Positions 42,728-53,346 of a DNA stretch of 64,000 nucleotides are shown here, piece after piece. The DNA is taken from positions 15,678 to 79,677 of the forward strand of contig CAZWBQ010000005.1 in NCBI GenBank assembly GCA_964632545.1, in the 5' to 3' direction. Both the position numbers and the translations under genes were made by a program. How positions within the stretch are numbered: the first letter of the stretch is position 1; each line of letters starts with the position of its first letter. A model generated the notes under the pieces. The model was not told the DNA's origin. It worked only from the letters and a program-made list of their open reading frames with translations, and made no database searches. Source of the stretch: an uncultured Bifidobacterium sp. (GTDB taxonomy: Bacteria > Actinomycetota > Actinomycetes > Nanopelagicales > Nanopelagicaceae).

Positions 42728-44089
42728 GTGGATAACCCTCAACCGATACTTCAGCTTTCTGACCTTTCAGTCGGAGAGCTATTTCTCGATATCGGAATTG
42801 TCCTTTTCTTCATCGTTCTAGGTGGCATTTTTGTGGCGGCAGAAATTGCGCTGATTTCATTACGCGATAGCCAAGTTCGACAGTTGGCTTTGAAGGGCAA
42901 ACGCGGCGCCAAGGTTGCCGAATTAGCAAAGAATCCAAATCGTTTTCTCGCCGCAGTCCAGGTCGGTGTTACTTTTTGCGGATTTCTTTCAGCTGCGTTA
43001 GGTGCAGAACGAATTGGTAAATACGTAGTGCCTGCGCTGCAAGATATTGGAGTATCTGAAAATTACTCCGCGACCCTTTCGTTATTGCTTCTTACAATCG
43101 TAATTGCTTATATCTCGCTCATTTTCGGTGAATTAGTACCAAAACGATTAGCGCTCCACCGAACTGAATTTTTGGCGCTCGCTTCTGCAAACAGCGTAGA
43201 TATATTGGCTAGGTTCTTTCGTCCGATTATTTGGTTGCTTTCTCATTCAACCGACTTTGTAGTTCGATTATTTGGATTAGATCCAAAAGCAAAGCGCGCT
43301 GACATCTCAGAAGAAGAGTTATTGGATTTAGTTTCTGGCCATGCAGCTTTAACAGATGAAGAGCGCGACATCGTAGAAGAAGTGTTTAATGCAAGCGAAA
43401 CCTTAATTCATGAAATTATGGTGCCGCGGATTGAAGTAGATTTCTTAGATGCCAGCCTTTCTATTACGCAGGCTATTCGAATTGCCGTTGACAAGTCGCA
43501 CTCCCGTTATCCGGTAGTACGTGGCACTAGCGATGAAGTAATTGGGTTTATCCATGTGCGTGACTTATTAGACCCAGCACTTAGTGGAAAAGATTTGACA
43601 ATTTTAGAGTGCATTAGAAATGTAATTTTTCTTCCTGGCACTAAAGGAGTTTTGCCCGCCTTAACAGAGATGCGTGCGGCCAGACAACAGATTGCAATTG
43701 TGTTGGACGAGTACGGCGGTACCGATGGCATTGTTACTTTAGAAGACTTAGTTGAATGTCTAATTGGTGATATTCATGATGAATACGACGTTCCAGAGAG
43801 CGACCCACAGTCTCAAAACCAGAGTGGAGATTTTGAAGTCGATGGTCTAATTACTTTAGATGATTTCAAGGACGAAACAGATGTCGAATTACCAGAGGGA
43901 CCTTATGAAACTTTAAGCGGCTTCGTCATGCATTTCTTAGGCCGCTTGCCTGTTGTACATGATGTAGTCCGCGTAAATGGTGCGCGAATAACTGTCCTAA
44001 CTATGGAGGGCAAACGCGCTGGAAATTTATTAATTTCGCGGGATAGCAGTCAACCTAAAGAACTCTGGAAAGATAGGGCACATGAATAA
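42728..44089 (+). CDS. CNNM/DUF21 transmembrane domain - CBS pair - CorC_HlyC family transporter
   Basis: GTG start; N-terminal 4-TM DUF21 (..[10 protein letters not shown]..), a CBS pair, and a C-terminal CorC/HlyC transporter-associated domain (..TLSGF....LGR.P). Confidence 0.85.
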   Translation: MDNPQPILQLSDLSVGELFLDIGIVLFFIVLGGIFVAAEIALISLRDSQVRQLALKGKRGAKVAELAKNPNRFLAAVQVGVTFCGFLSAALGAERIGKYVVPALQDIGVSENYSATLSLLLLTIVIAYISLIFGELVPKRLALHRTEFLALASANSVDILARFFRPIIWLLSHSTDFVVRLFGLDPKAKRADISEEELLDLVSGHAALTDEERDIVEEVFNASETLIHEIMVPRIEVDFLDASLSITQAIRIAVDKSHSRYPVVRGTSDEVIGFIHVRDLLDPALSGKDLTILECIRNVIFLPGTKGVLPALTEMRAARQQIAIVLDEYGGTDGIVTLEDLVECLIGDIHDEYDVPESDPQSQNQSGDFEVDGLITLDDFKDETDVELPEGPYETLSGFVMHFLGRLPVVHDVVRVNGARITVLTMEGKRAGNLLISRDSSQPKELWKDRAHE

Positions 44090-45095
44090 CTCTCGAAAAC
44101 GAGTTCTCTCTGGCATTCAACCAACTGCTGATTCTTTCCATTTAGGTAATTATTTAGGTGCAGTAAAACAATGGGTTGCTTTACAAGAAACTCATGATGC
44201 GTTTTATTGCGTAGTGGACTTACATGCTTTAACGATTGAAACCGAACCAAAACTTTTTAGAAAACGGACGCTGCTTGCCGCAGCACAGTTAATTGCGCTT
44301 GGATTAGATCCAGAACGTTGCACGCTCTTTATCCAATCTCATGTTCATGAACATAACCAACTTGCTTGGGTTATGGAATGTTTAACGGGATTTGGTGAAG
44401 CAAGTCGAATGACCCAGTTTAAAGATAAATCGCAAAAATCTGGGTCAGATAGAACTGTGGTCGGACTATTCACTTATCCGATTTTGCAAGCTGCCGATAT
44501 TCTGCTTTATCAACCACAGTATGTCCCAGTTGGTGAAGATCAACGTCAACATATAGAACTTACGCGTGATTTAAGCCAACGTTTTAATTCTAGATATGGT
44601 GAAACATTCGTATTGCCCGAGGCTTACATAATAAAAGGCTCTGCCAAAGTTAATGATTTACAAGATCCAACAGCAAAAATGAGTAAGTCTTCTGCTTCAG
44701 CTAATGGCGTAATTGACATCATGGATGCACCAGAAATAAATGCAAAGAAAATTAAGAGTTCGATTACTGATGCAGAACGTGAAATAAAGTTTGATGAGAA
44801 AAATAAGGCTGGAATCTCTAATTTACTTACGATTTATGCATCCTTGACTGGAAAGTCTATTTCAGAGAGTGAAGCTGATTTTGCTGGCAAAGGATATGGA
44901 GATTTTAAAGGCGCAGTTGCCGAGGTTGTAACCGAATACTTTGCACCAGTAAGAAAGCGAACCTTAGAGTTGCTAGAAGATGAAACCGGTCTGTTGAAAT
45001 TACTTAAGACTGGAAGTGAAAAGGCTGAGGCAGTGGCTTCGCAAACGCTAACGAAAGTTTATGATGCAATGGGAGTAGTGCCGCGTGGCAAATAA
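44082..45095 (+). CDS. trpS: tryptophan--tRNA ligase
   Basis: SGIQPT...HLGNYLG (HIGH region), GEDQ.QH and KMSKS. Confidence 0.95.
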   Translation: MNNSRKRVLSGIQPTADSFHLGNYLGAVKQWVALQETHDAFYCVVDLHALTIETEPKLFRKRTLLAAAQLIALGLDPERCTLFIQSHVHEHNQLAWVMECLTGFGEASRMTQFKDKSQKSGSDRTVVGLFTYPILQAADILLYQPQYVPVGEDQRQHIELTRDLSQRFNSRYGETFVLPEAYIIKGSAKVNDLQDPTAKMSKSSASANGVIDIMDAPEINAKKIKSSITDAEREIKFDEKNKAGISNLLTIYASLTGKSISESEADFAGKGYGDFKGAVAEVVTEYFAPVRKRTLELLEDETGLLKLLKTGSEKAEAVASQTLTKVYDAMGVVPRGK

Positions 45096-46647
45096 GGAAT
45101 TTAAATCCGAATCAGAAATTCCGTTTTCAGATAAGCCGCGCGAAATTCCTATGGAAAAAGCTGGCGAATATCCATTCACGCGTGGGATTTATGAAACTAT
45201 GTATAAAAATAAACCATGGACGATGCGGCAGTACGCGGGTTTTGGTAGCGCAGATGAATCAAATAAGCGTTATAAAGAATTAGTTGCGGCCGGCACCGGG
45301 GGATTATCGGTTGCATTCGATTTACCAACCCAGATGGGTATGGATTCAGATGCACCTTTAGCGTTAGATGAAGTTGGCAAAGTTGGCGTAGCGATTGATT
45401 CGCTTGCAGACATGCGTCGTTTATTTGATGGGTTACCGCTAGATAAAATTTCTACATCAATGACTATTAACGCACCAGCCGCAATATTGTTATTGATGTA
45501 CCAAATTATTGCTGAAGAGCGCGGCATCTCCGGTGCTGAATTGCAGGGCACTATCCAAAACGATGTTTTAAAAGAATATATAGCGCGTGGCACATATATT
45601 TTTCCACCAAACCCCTCACTGCGTTTGATCACAGATATTTTTAGTTACTGTCAAAAAGAATTACCAAAATGGAACACGATTTCAATTTCTGGTTACCACA
45701 TCGGAGAGGCTGGCGCTACGCCGGTGCAAGAAATAGCTTTTACGCTAAGCGATGCAATTGCCTATGTTAAAGCTGCAATTACTGCCGGTTTAGATGTAGA
45801 TGATTTTGCGCCTCGGCTCTCATTTTTCTTTGTATCGCGTACAACCCTCATTGAAGAAGTTGCTAAATTTAGAGCTGCCCGCCAAGTCTGGGCTCGAATT
45901 ATGAAAGAAAAATTCGGCGCTAAATCTGAAAAATCTATGCAGTTGCGGTTTCATACTCAAACTGCTGGTGTGCAATTAACTGCGCAGCAACCGGAAGTTA
46001 ATTTAGTTCGAGTAACCATTCAAGCTCTCGCCGCAACTTTAGGCGGCACCCAATCGCTCCATACGAATTCATTTGATGAAGCGCTGGCATTGCCTAGCGA
46101 AAAAGCTGCCAGGTTAGCGCTTCGAACTCAGCAAGTAATTGCAAATGAAACAGATATTACGAAAGTTGTCGATCCTTTTGCTGGTAGTTACGTAGTGGAA
46201 AATCTAACGGCAGATTTAGTTAAAGAGATTGAATCATTAATTGAAAAGATTGAAAGCATGGGTGGGGCAGTAACGGCGATTGAGAGCGGTTTCCAAAAAC
46301 GGGAAATTGAAAATAGCGCATATAAAATATCGCAAGAGATTGATAAGAAAGAACGCACGGTGGTTGGCGTAAATGACTTTATAACTGCAAACGATGTAGC
46401 TCCAATTCTTCATAAATTAGATCCAGCCGTCGGTGATGATCAACGAAAGCGGTTAGCGCAACATCGTGCCGAACGGAACAATGCAGAAGTCGCAAATTCT
46501 TTGTCAGAGATTTCAAAAGTTGCGACCGGAACTGAAAATGTGATGGCGTCAATAAAATCAGCAATTATGGTGGGCGCAACAGTAGGAGAAATTTGCGATG
46601 CGCTTCGGAGCGTTTGGGGCGTATACCGATCCAGCGAAGCGTTTTAA
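45085..46647 (+). CDS. acyl-CoA mutase catalytic (large) subunit, methylmalonyl-CoA mutase-like, no fused B12 domain
   Basis: [35 protein letters not shown] and [19 protein letters not shown]. From memory, the Tyr in RQYAGF and the Arg in ARGTY fit the MCM rather than the ICM signature. 520 aa, ending before the B12 domain. Confidence 0.88.
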   Translation: MANKEFKSESEIPFSDKPREIPMEKAGEYPFTRGIYETMYKNKPWTMRQYAGFGSADESNKRYKELVAAGTGGLSVAFDLPTQMGMDSDAPLALDEVGKVGVAIDSLADMRRLFDGLPLDKISTSMTINAPAAILLLMYQIIAEERGISGAELQGTIQNDVLKEYIARGTYIFPPNPSLRLITDIFSYCQKELPKWNTISISGYHIGEAGATPVQEIAFTLSDAIAYVKAAITAGLDVDDFAPRLSFFFVSRTTLIEEVAKFRAARQVWARIMKEKFGAKSEKSMQLRFHTQTAGVQLTAQQPEVNLVRVTIQALAATLGGTQSLHTNSFDEALALPSEKAARLALRTQQVIANETDITKVVDPFAGSYVVENLTADLVKEIESLIEKIESMGGAVTAIESGFQKREIENSAYKISQEIDKKERTVVGVNDFITANDVAPILHKLDPAVGDDQRKRLAQHRAERNNAEVANSLSEISKVATGTENVMASIKSAIMVGATVGEICDALRSVWGVYRSSEAF

Positions 46648-46651
46648 TCCA

Positions 46652-47665
46652 ATGAGAATTCATCGCTTCTTGGCAGTAGTTTCGCTTGCGGCACTTTTAA
46701 TTTCTCCAGTCAGAACAAATGCAGCTAGCACTGCACCAACTCCAGTGAAAATTGCAATTGCCCTTGAAGTAGGCGGAGTCGGCGACAATTCCTTTAATGA
46801 TGCAGTGGTAAGTGCCACCAGGGCTGTTCAGAAAAAATATAAGATTGCAGATTCCTACATAAGGATTGTTCCGACTGACGGTACTGCCCCTGATCGTTTT
46901 TTTCGATTAAAATTCTTAGCAAAAGCCGGTTATAATTTAATCATTGCGATCGGTGCAGATTATGCACCAGCAATTCAAAGGGCTTCCATAGAATTTCCAG
47001 ACGTACAATATGCGCTGGTTAATAGCGATGCGGTCGCAAGTATGAACGTTTCATGTTTAGTTTTCGACGATTCCGAAGCAGCTTTCTTGGCTGGAGTTGT
47101 TGCGGCAACATCAAGCAAAAGTGGCAAAGTAGCTTTTGTTAGCGATGCAAGTGAAATTCAGAAGAACTTTTACAATAGCTTTAGAGCCGGTGCGCGCTAC
47201 GGAAATAATAAAGTTGCGACTCTTGCAATTTCATTTACAAACTCAACATTTGATTTGAACAATTCAATTGCTAATGGCGTCGATGTAATATATTCAACGC
47301 GGGTAGTTGATGGCGAGGTTTTCAATTTGATAAGTAAAGCGAACCTTAAGAAACATAAAGTTTGGTTGATTGCACAATCTCCAGATCAATATTATGCAAA
47401 TCTGCTATCTGCAAAAAAAGATATTTTAGTATCACTTGATAAGCGGATTGATCGAGCAATTTCAGATGTAATGACATTGGCAATTACCGGTGGCTCAATC
47501 TTGGATATTGTCGATGACAGTAAATCTATTTATGGCCGGACCTATAACTTCAAGAATTCTGGTCTGAATTTGAGTTTTCGAAATCCCGTGACAGCCGCCA
47601 CAAAAACTGCAGTAACTAGAGCTATCACTGAGATAAAGAGCGGTAAAGTTTCAACCAAAGGTTGA
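46652..47665 (+). CDS. BMP-family (PnrA/Med-like) ABC substrate-binding protein, divergent copy, SPase-I signal
   Basis: Start set at ATG 46652, after the mutase stop. Signal peptide ..ISPVRTNA/AS; VGGVGDNSFND motif. Confidence 0.8.
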   Translation: MRIHRFLAVVSLAALLISPVRTNAASTAPTPVKIAIALEVGGVGDNSFNDAVVSATRAVQKKYKIADSYIRIVPTDGTAPDRFFRLKFLAKAGYNLIIAIGADYAPAIQRASIEFPDVQYALVNSDAVASMNVSCLVFDDSEAAFLAGVVAATSSKSGKVAFVSDASEIQKNFYNSFRAGARYGNNKVATLAISFTNSTFDLNNSIANGVDVIYSTRVVDGEVFNLISKANLKKHKVWLIAQSPDQYYANLLSAKKDILVSLDKRIDRAISDVMTLAITGGSILDIVDDSKSIYGRTYNFKNSGLNLSFRNPVTAATKTAVTRAITEIKSGKVSTKG

Positions 47666-47805
47666 GTGTTTGCCAAGTTGTAATAATAAAAGCAAAGAAC
47701 TCAAGCCATCTCTATCGGTAACCGCTATAGGGTGAGCCAACAAATTAATCCCGTAATTGAAGCCGTATTCGAAGCGGTTTTGATGGGATTCTCAGGAGGA
47801 ATAAA

Positions 47806-48876
47806 TTGAAGAAGTCACTATTTACCGGATTGGTTAAGGCTATTGCTGCAGTTGCTGCACTAACACTGCTTGCAAGTTGCTCTTCATCGTCAGACAGTGC
47901 AGCAAAAGTAAAAGCTTGCTTAGCTCTTGATACTGGTGGTGTTGATGACAAGTCATTCAACGCTTCAGCATGGGCTGGCGCACAAGCAGCACAAGATGCT
48001 GGCGCAGAGGTTAAATACCTTGCTGCAACTTCAGATGCAGATTACGCACCAAATATTAAGAAGCTGGTCGACGAGGGTTGCAACATTGTTATCGGTGTTG
48101 GTTTCTTAATTAATGGCGCAATTGTTGATGCTGCAAAAGCAAATCCAGATACCAAGTTCGCAATCGTTGACCAAGACGGTAAAGATCATGGTCCAGCTGG
48201 AGATCAATACCCAGGTGCAGTATTAGATAACCTTAAGGGAATTGAATTCGCAACTAACCAAGCAGCTTTCCAAGCTGGTTACCTTGCAGCTGGTTATTCA
48301 AAGACCGGCAAAGTTGCAACATACGGTGGTTTAAACATTCCACCAGTTAGCATCTTCATGGACGGCTTTGCTCGCGGCGTTGCTTACTACAACACTGTTA
48401 AGGGTAAGAAAGTTGTCGTACTTGGATGGGATGTTGCTAAGAAAGATGGCACATTCGTTGGCGGTTTCTCGGATCAAGCAAAAGCACTTCAGATCTCAAA
48501 GAATTTTGAGCAACAAGGTGCAGATGTGATTTTCCCAGTAGCTGGTGGCCTTGGTGCTGCAACAGCAAACCAATCAATGACTGGCAAGAAGTCTGTAACT
48601 ATCTGGGTTGACTCAGATGGTTTCGTACAGGCTCCACAATTTGCTTCAGTACTTCTTACATCAGTTGTTAAAGGTGTCGGAACTTCGGTAACAGCAGTTA
48701 TCCAAGATGTTATTGATGGCAACTTCTCTGCAACCAACTATCTAGGTACTTTGGAAAACCAAGGAACATTCTTGGCTCCGTACCATGATATGGAATCAAC
48801 TGTTGATGCCGCATTGGCAGCAGAAGTTGAACAACTAGGTGCAGATATCACTTCTGGAAAAGTTGCAGTTTCCTAA
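47806..48876 (+). CDS. BMP-family nucleoside-binding lipoprotein
   Basis: TTG start after an AGGAGG RBS; lipobox LLASC; DTGGVDDKSFNASAW motif. Confidence 0.85.
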   Translation: MKKSLFTGLVKAIAAVAALTLLASCSSSSDSAAKVKACLALDTGGVDDKSFNASAWAGAQAAQDAGAEVKYLAATSDADYAPNIKKLVDEGCNIVIGVGFLINGAIVDAAKANPDTKFAIVDQDGKDHGPAGDQYPGAVLDNLKGIEFATNQAAFQAGYLAAGYSKTGKVATYGGLNIPPVSIFMDGFARGVAYYNTVKGKKVVVLGWDVAKKDGTFVGGFSDQAKALQISKNFEQQGADVIFPVAGGLGAATANQSMTGKKSVTIWVDSDGFVQAPQFASVLLTSVVKGVGTSVTAVIQDVIDGNFSATNYLGTLENQGTFLAPYHDMESTVDAALAAEVEQLGADITSGKVAVS

Positions 48877-48917
48877 TCGGAATTAGCTAATTTCCTGAAG
48901 TAACTAAGCAGTAAAAA

Positions 48918-48956
48918 TTAAGCTGGGCGGGTTTTTAACCCGCCCAGCTTAATTTC
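48918..48956 (+). terminator. strong intra-operon terminator/attenuator after the binding-protein gene
   Basis: 16-bp perfect stem TTAAGCTGGGCGGGTT / AACCCGCCCAGCTTAA followed by a T-rich tract. The ABC ATPase gene begins about 50 nt later. Confidence 0.8.
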
Positions 48957-49005
48957 GTATAGGTTAGGTTTTAACAAAGCAAAGAATTGGAAAGGAAAAG
49001 CAAAA

Positions 49006-50517
49006 GTGTCAGTCGAATTGCGAAGCATCACCAAGAGATTTGGTGCGCTGATTGCAAACGATGGCATTGATTTGAAAGTTGAAACTGGGGAGATTCACGC
49101 AATCCTCGGTGAAAATGGCGCTGGTAAATCTACTTTGATGAACATACTTTATGGTCTGTTAGCACCAGATAGTGGTCAGATATTGGTAGATGACAAACCA
49201 ATCACAATTTCTGAACCTAGCGATGCACTTGCTGCGGGAATTGGAATGGTGCACCAACATTTCATGCTGATACCTGTTTTCACAGTTGCGGAAAATATTG
49301 TGCTCGGTCATGAAAAAGTTAATGGTTTGGGAGTTTTAAACCTTGACCAAGCCAGAATTGAGATCGCTCGAATTTCTAAAGAATTCAATTTTGATGTGGA
49401 CCCAGATGCCATTGTGGAAACATTGCCAGTTGGAATTCAACAACGAGTTGAAGTAATTAGGGCTTTGATTTATAAGGCAAAAGTATTGATATTGGATGAA
49501 CCTACCGCAGTGCTTACCCCGCAAGAAACCGATGAATTGTTACAAGTGATGAAGAACTTAAAGAAACAAGGCACCTCAATAATTTTTATAACGCACAAAT
49601 TGCGTGAAGTGAAAGAAGCTGCTGATCGAATCACAATTATTAGACGAGGCAAAGTAGTCGGTACGGCATTACCTTCAGCGACTCAAGAAGAATTAGCTTC
49701 ACAGATGGTGGGACGTCCAGTAGATCTAACAATGGAAAAGAACCCAGCAAAAATAGGAAGAGACGTACTTTCAATTTCTAATCTTGTAGTAACAGAGAAC
49801 ACTGGTAGGGAGTTACTGCATAACGTTTCATTAGATGTTCGAGCCGGCGAGATTGTTGCGGTTGCTGGGGTGCAAGGAAATGGCCAGACTGAACTTGCGC
49901 GCGCTATCTTAAATTTAGAAGAACATGTCACTGGCAAAATTTTGATTGATGGCAATAATGTGGTTGGCGAATCTGTAAGGGGATCTTTGCATTCTGGTAT
50001 TGCATTTATTCCGGAGTCTCGAGAATTAGATGGTCTGATCGGTTCATTTTCCATCGCGGAAAATCTCATTCTCGATACCTATGATTTAGCGCCAAATGCA
50101 ACGGGCTTTTTAATGAGTCCAACTACGATAAAAAATGAAGCGGATAAGCGAATTGCGGAATTTGATATACGTAGCCAAAGCGCTGGCGAATTGGTCTCTT
50201 CACTTTCGGGTGGCAATAAACAAAAAGTAGTTTTAGCGCGCGAACTCTCGCGCCCGGTAAAAGTTGTCGTAGCATCGCAACCAACTCGTGGTTTAGATGT
50301 TGGCTCAATTGAGTTTGTACATGAAAAAATCGTACAAGAACGTGATGCCGGACGAGCTGTACTTCTATTTAGTACCGAACTTGATGAAGTTTTTGCACTT
50401 GCTGATCGAATTGCTGTCATGTATCGAGGAACTATTATCGACATAGTGCCAGCTTCAATCTCACGAAGTGACCTTGGCCTACTAATGGCCGGCATCAAAC
50501 CAAAGGTTAATTCATGA
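49006..50517 (+). CDS. nucleoside/sugar-type ABC transporter ATP-binding protein (fused double cassette)
   Basis: GTG start; GENGAGKST, and a second cassette with LSGGNKQKVVLAREL; 503 aa. Confidence 0.9.
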   Translation: MSVELRSITKRFGALIANDGIDLKVETGEIHAILGENGAGKSTLMNILYGLLAPDSGQILVDDKPITISEPSDALAAGIGMVHQHFMLIPVFTVAENIVLGHEKVNGLGVLNLDQARIEIARISKEFNFDVDPDAIVETLPVGIQQRVEVIRALIYKAKVLILDEPTAVLTPQETDELLQVMKNLKKQGTSIIFITHKLREVKEAADRITIIRRGKVVGTALPSATQEELASQMVGRPVDLTMEKNPAKIGRDVLSISNLVVTENTGRELLHNVSLDVRAGEIVAVAGVQGNGQTELARAILNLEEHVTGKILIDGNNVVGESVRGSLHSGIAFIPESRELDGLIGSFSIAENLILDTYDLAPNATGFLMSPTTIKNEADKRIAEFDIRSQSAGELVSSLSGGNKQKVVLARELSRPVKVVVASQPTRGLDVGSIEFVHEKIVQERDAGRAVLLFSTELDEVFALADRIAVMYRGTIIDIVPASISRSDLGLLMAGIKPKVNS

Positions 50518-51692
50518 GCAAAGTTAGAAACTATTTGGAAGACACTCTTCGTTCTATTGCATTGCCTTTTTTAGCATTCTTCTTAGCAATTTTTTCTGGC
50601 GGTCTTTTAATTGCATTTTCAGATCCTAAAATTTACAAACTTTGGAAAACGCCATTTCAGTTTCTCGGAACTGGCTTAGCATCAGCAGGTCATGCATATT
50701 TAGCGTTAATTCAAGGTTCTATTTTTGATGGCAACTTAACATCAAAGAACTTCCTGCTGGGTTTCTATCCGCTTTCGGAAACCTTCGTTGTAGCAGCGCC
50801 ATTAATATTGACTGGACTTTCAGTAACGCTTGCATTTAGAGCGGGACTTTTCAATATTGGAGCGCAAGGTCAATTTATTTTCGGCGCAATCGGGGCGTCT
50901 TATGTTGGCTTTCATTTTAATTTACCGCCAGTAATTCATGCGCTTGCCGCAATTGTAAGTGCGATTATTTGTGCCGGCCTATGGGGTGGACTGGTTGGTT
51001 TCCTAAAAGCCCGCACTGGTGCACATGAAGTAATCGTGACAATTATGTTGAATTATATTTCGGTCTATTTTTTGCTTTGGTTATTGAGCACTCAAGCTTT
51101 CTTGCGAAAAGGTCGTCAAGATCCAATAGCACCACCTGTGAACGAAAACGCACGTCTGCCAAAGTTATTTGGTATGGATTACCGAATAAATTTGGGCATA
51201 TTTGTTGCACTTGGAGTCGCATATTTAATTCACATATTGCTCACCAGAACAACTTGGGGATTCCAATTTAGATCTGTTGGCGCAAACACTCTTGCTGCTA
51301 AGACTGCCGGAATGTCGGTTCCATTTGTGATGACTTCAGTGATGGTAATTTGTGGCGCTCTTGCAGGCCTAGGCGGCGCGGTGCAGGTTCTTGGAAGTGA
51401 ATATGCACTTACTGCTGGAGTAGCAGGTTCATTTGGTTTTGATGCGATCACAGTTGCACTATTAGGTAGAGCCAAACCATTGGGTACAGTTTTAGCGGCA
51501 TTATTATTTGGCGCTCTTAGAGCTGGTGGGTTAACGATGCAAGCAAATACCACAACGCCTATCGACATAGTTTTAGTAATTCAGGCATTAGTAGTTCTAT
51601 TTATTGCAGCTCCAGCAATGGTACGCGCAATATTTAGATTGAAAAACGTTAAATCTGGTTCCGATATGGCTGCGAAGGGTTGGAACGGATGA
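50514..51692 (+). CDS. ABC transporter permease (BMP/nucleoside system)
   Basis: ATGA overlap; polytopic membrane protein; FN.GAQGQ motif. Confidence 0.85.
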   Translation: MSKVRNYLEDTLRSIALPFLAFFLAIFSGGLLIAFSDPKIYKLWKTPFQFLGTGLASAGHAYLALIQGSIFDGNLTSKNFLLGFYPLSETFVVAAPLILTGLSVTLAFRAGLFNIGAQGQFIFGAIGASYVGFHFNLPPVIHALAAIVSAIICAGLWGGLVGFLKARTGAHEVIVTIMLNYISVYFLLWLLSTQAFLRKGRQDPIAPPVNENARLPKLFGMDYRINLGIFVALGVAYLIHILLTRTTWGFQFRSVGANTLAAKTAGMSVPFVMTSVMVICGALAGLGGAVQVLGSEYALTAGVAGSFGFDAITVALLGRAKPLGTVLAALLFGALRAGGLTMQANTTTPIDIVLVIQALVVLFIAAPAMVRAIFRLKNVKSGSDMAAKGWNG

Positions 51693-52957
51693 GCAAAATT
51701 TCTAAGTTAACTCCAATCCAAAAACGTCGCCAACGCGGTGCATTTAGCCTTCTGGTTTTATCTATCGCATCTTTAATTGGTTTTGGAGTACTACAAAAAC
51801 AGAGCGCTCCTGTGACTTATAAATTTGTTTTAGAAAAAGAGTGGATTGCAATTAACGAATGGACCCTCGATTCTAGAACCGGTTCTTATGGCTTTAGCAT
51901 GGCAGCCCTGGTTTTTTCAATTTTGGCAATAATCCAATTTCGACGAAATAAGAAAATCCAATTGTCGAGCGCTTTAGGTGGATTCGCAATCTTGATGTCT
52001 TTCTTATGTTGGGCCGCAAGTGGAAAAATGATTCCATTTACTGGGCTATTGCAAGGTGCGCTATTGCTATCAGTCCCACTTATTTTCGGCGCCATGGCCG
52101 GCGTACTTTGTGAACGCTCTGGCGTAATCAACATTGCTATTGAAGGTCAATTACTTGCAGGCGCCTTTGCAGCTGGAGTTGTGGCCAGCTTGACCCAAAA
52201 CACCACTTGGGGCTTGATTGTTGCGCCATTGGCTGGGGCTCTAATTTCCCTGATCTTGGCTGTTTTTGCGATTAAGTTCGCAATCGATCAAGTCATTCTT
52301 GGCTTTGTTATCAACGTTCTTGTAATTGGCATGACTAATTTCTTATATAAAAAGCTCTTGATCCCTTATCAAAACACCTGGAATTCTGGACCAATTCTCA
52401 CTCCAATTAAAATTCCAGTATTAAGCAAAATTCCACTGCTTGGCCCGATTTTTTTTAATCAAACAATAATTGTTTATTTAATGTATTTGATAGTTGCGGT
52501 CATACACCTTTCGCTCTTCAAAACTCGTTGGGGGCTTAGAACTCGAGCAGTAGGCGAACATCCAACTGCTGCTGATTCCGTGGGTATCAAAGTTAATAAT
52601 TTGCGATTCCGAAATGTTATTTTTGCAGGTTTAGTCGCCGGACTCGGCGGCGCATATTTCACAGTCGGTGCGGTCGGTGCTTTCGGAAAAGAGATGACTG
52701 CTGGAAAAGGCTTTATCGCTTTGGCTGCGCTAATTTTTGGAAGATGGAGTCCGTTAGGTGCAGTTATGGCAGCGCTCTTATTTGGCTTTGCTGATAACTT
52801 GCAAGGAATCCTTTCAATCACGGGCACACCAATACCAAGTGAATTTATGCTAATGGCACCATACATTGCCACCATAATTGCAGTAACGGGATTTGTAGGT
52901 AGAGTCCGCGCTCCCGCCGCTGATGGCATTCCATATAACCGAGGCGGCTCTCACTAA
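51689..52957 (+). CDS. ABC transporter permease (BMP/nucleoside system)
   Basis: Start set at ATG 51689 (ATGA overlap with the upstream stop); polytopic membrane protein; INIAIEGQ motif. Confidence 0.85.
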   Translation: MSKISKLTPIQKRRQRGAFSLLVLSIASLIGFGVLQKQSAPVTYKFVLEKEWIAINEWTLDSRTGSYGFSMAALVFSILAIIQFRRNKKIQLSSALGGFAILMSFLCWAASGKMIPFTGLLQGALLLSVPLIFGAMAGVLCERSGVINIAIEGQLLAGAFAAGVVASLTQNTTWGLIVAPLAGALISLILAVFAIKFAIDQVILGFVINVLVIGMTNFLYKKLLIPYQNTWNSGPILTPIKIPVLSKIPLLGPIFFNQTIIVYLMYLIVAVIHLSLFKTRWGLRTRAVGEHPTAADSVGIKVNNLRFRNVIFAGLVAGLGGAYFTVGAVGAFGKEMTAGKGFIALAALIFGRWSPLGAVMAALLFGFADNLQGILSITGTPIPSEFMLMAPYIATIIAVTGFVGRVRAPAADGIPYNRGGSH

Positions 52958-53346
52958 TGGATATTAATTGGCAGGTACTTCACGATGAAGCAAAGCGAGT
53001 GATGAAACTTTCATATTCACCTTATTCTAAATTCCCAGTAGGAGTTGCCGGCTTAGTAAGTGATGGTCGAATAATTAGTGGTTGCAATGTCGAAAATGCT
53101 AGTTATGGCTTAACGCTTTGCGCTGAATGCAGCATGATTTCAAATTTAGCAATGACTGGCGGCGGGCGATTAGTTGCAGCGCTCTGCGTAGATGGAAATG
53201 GTAATTATTTATCGCCATGCGGTCGGTGTCGCCAACTGCTTTTCGAACATGGTGGTCCAAATATGCAATTAATGACGCCTGAGGGTCCGCAACCAATGTC
53301 ACTTATGTTGCCTTGGGGATTTGGCCCAGAAGACTTATCAAAGTGA
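52957..53346 (+). CDS. cdd: cytidine deaminase
   Basis: Zinc motifs CAECSMI and PCGRCRQ; 129 aa. Confidence 0.9.
   Translation: MDINWQVLHDEAKRVMKLSYSPYSKFPVGVAGLVSDGRIISGCNVENASYGLTLCAECSMISNLAMTGGGRLVAALCVDGNGNYLSPCGRCRQLLFEHGGPNMQLMTPEGPQPMSLMLPWGFGPEDLSK

Noticed and set aside
44050-44100. T-box or attenuator leader for trpS
   Set aside because: trpS overlaps the upstream CNNM/CorC gene by 8 nt, so no leader exists.
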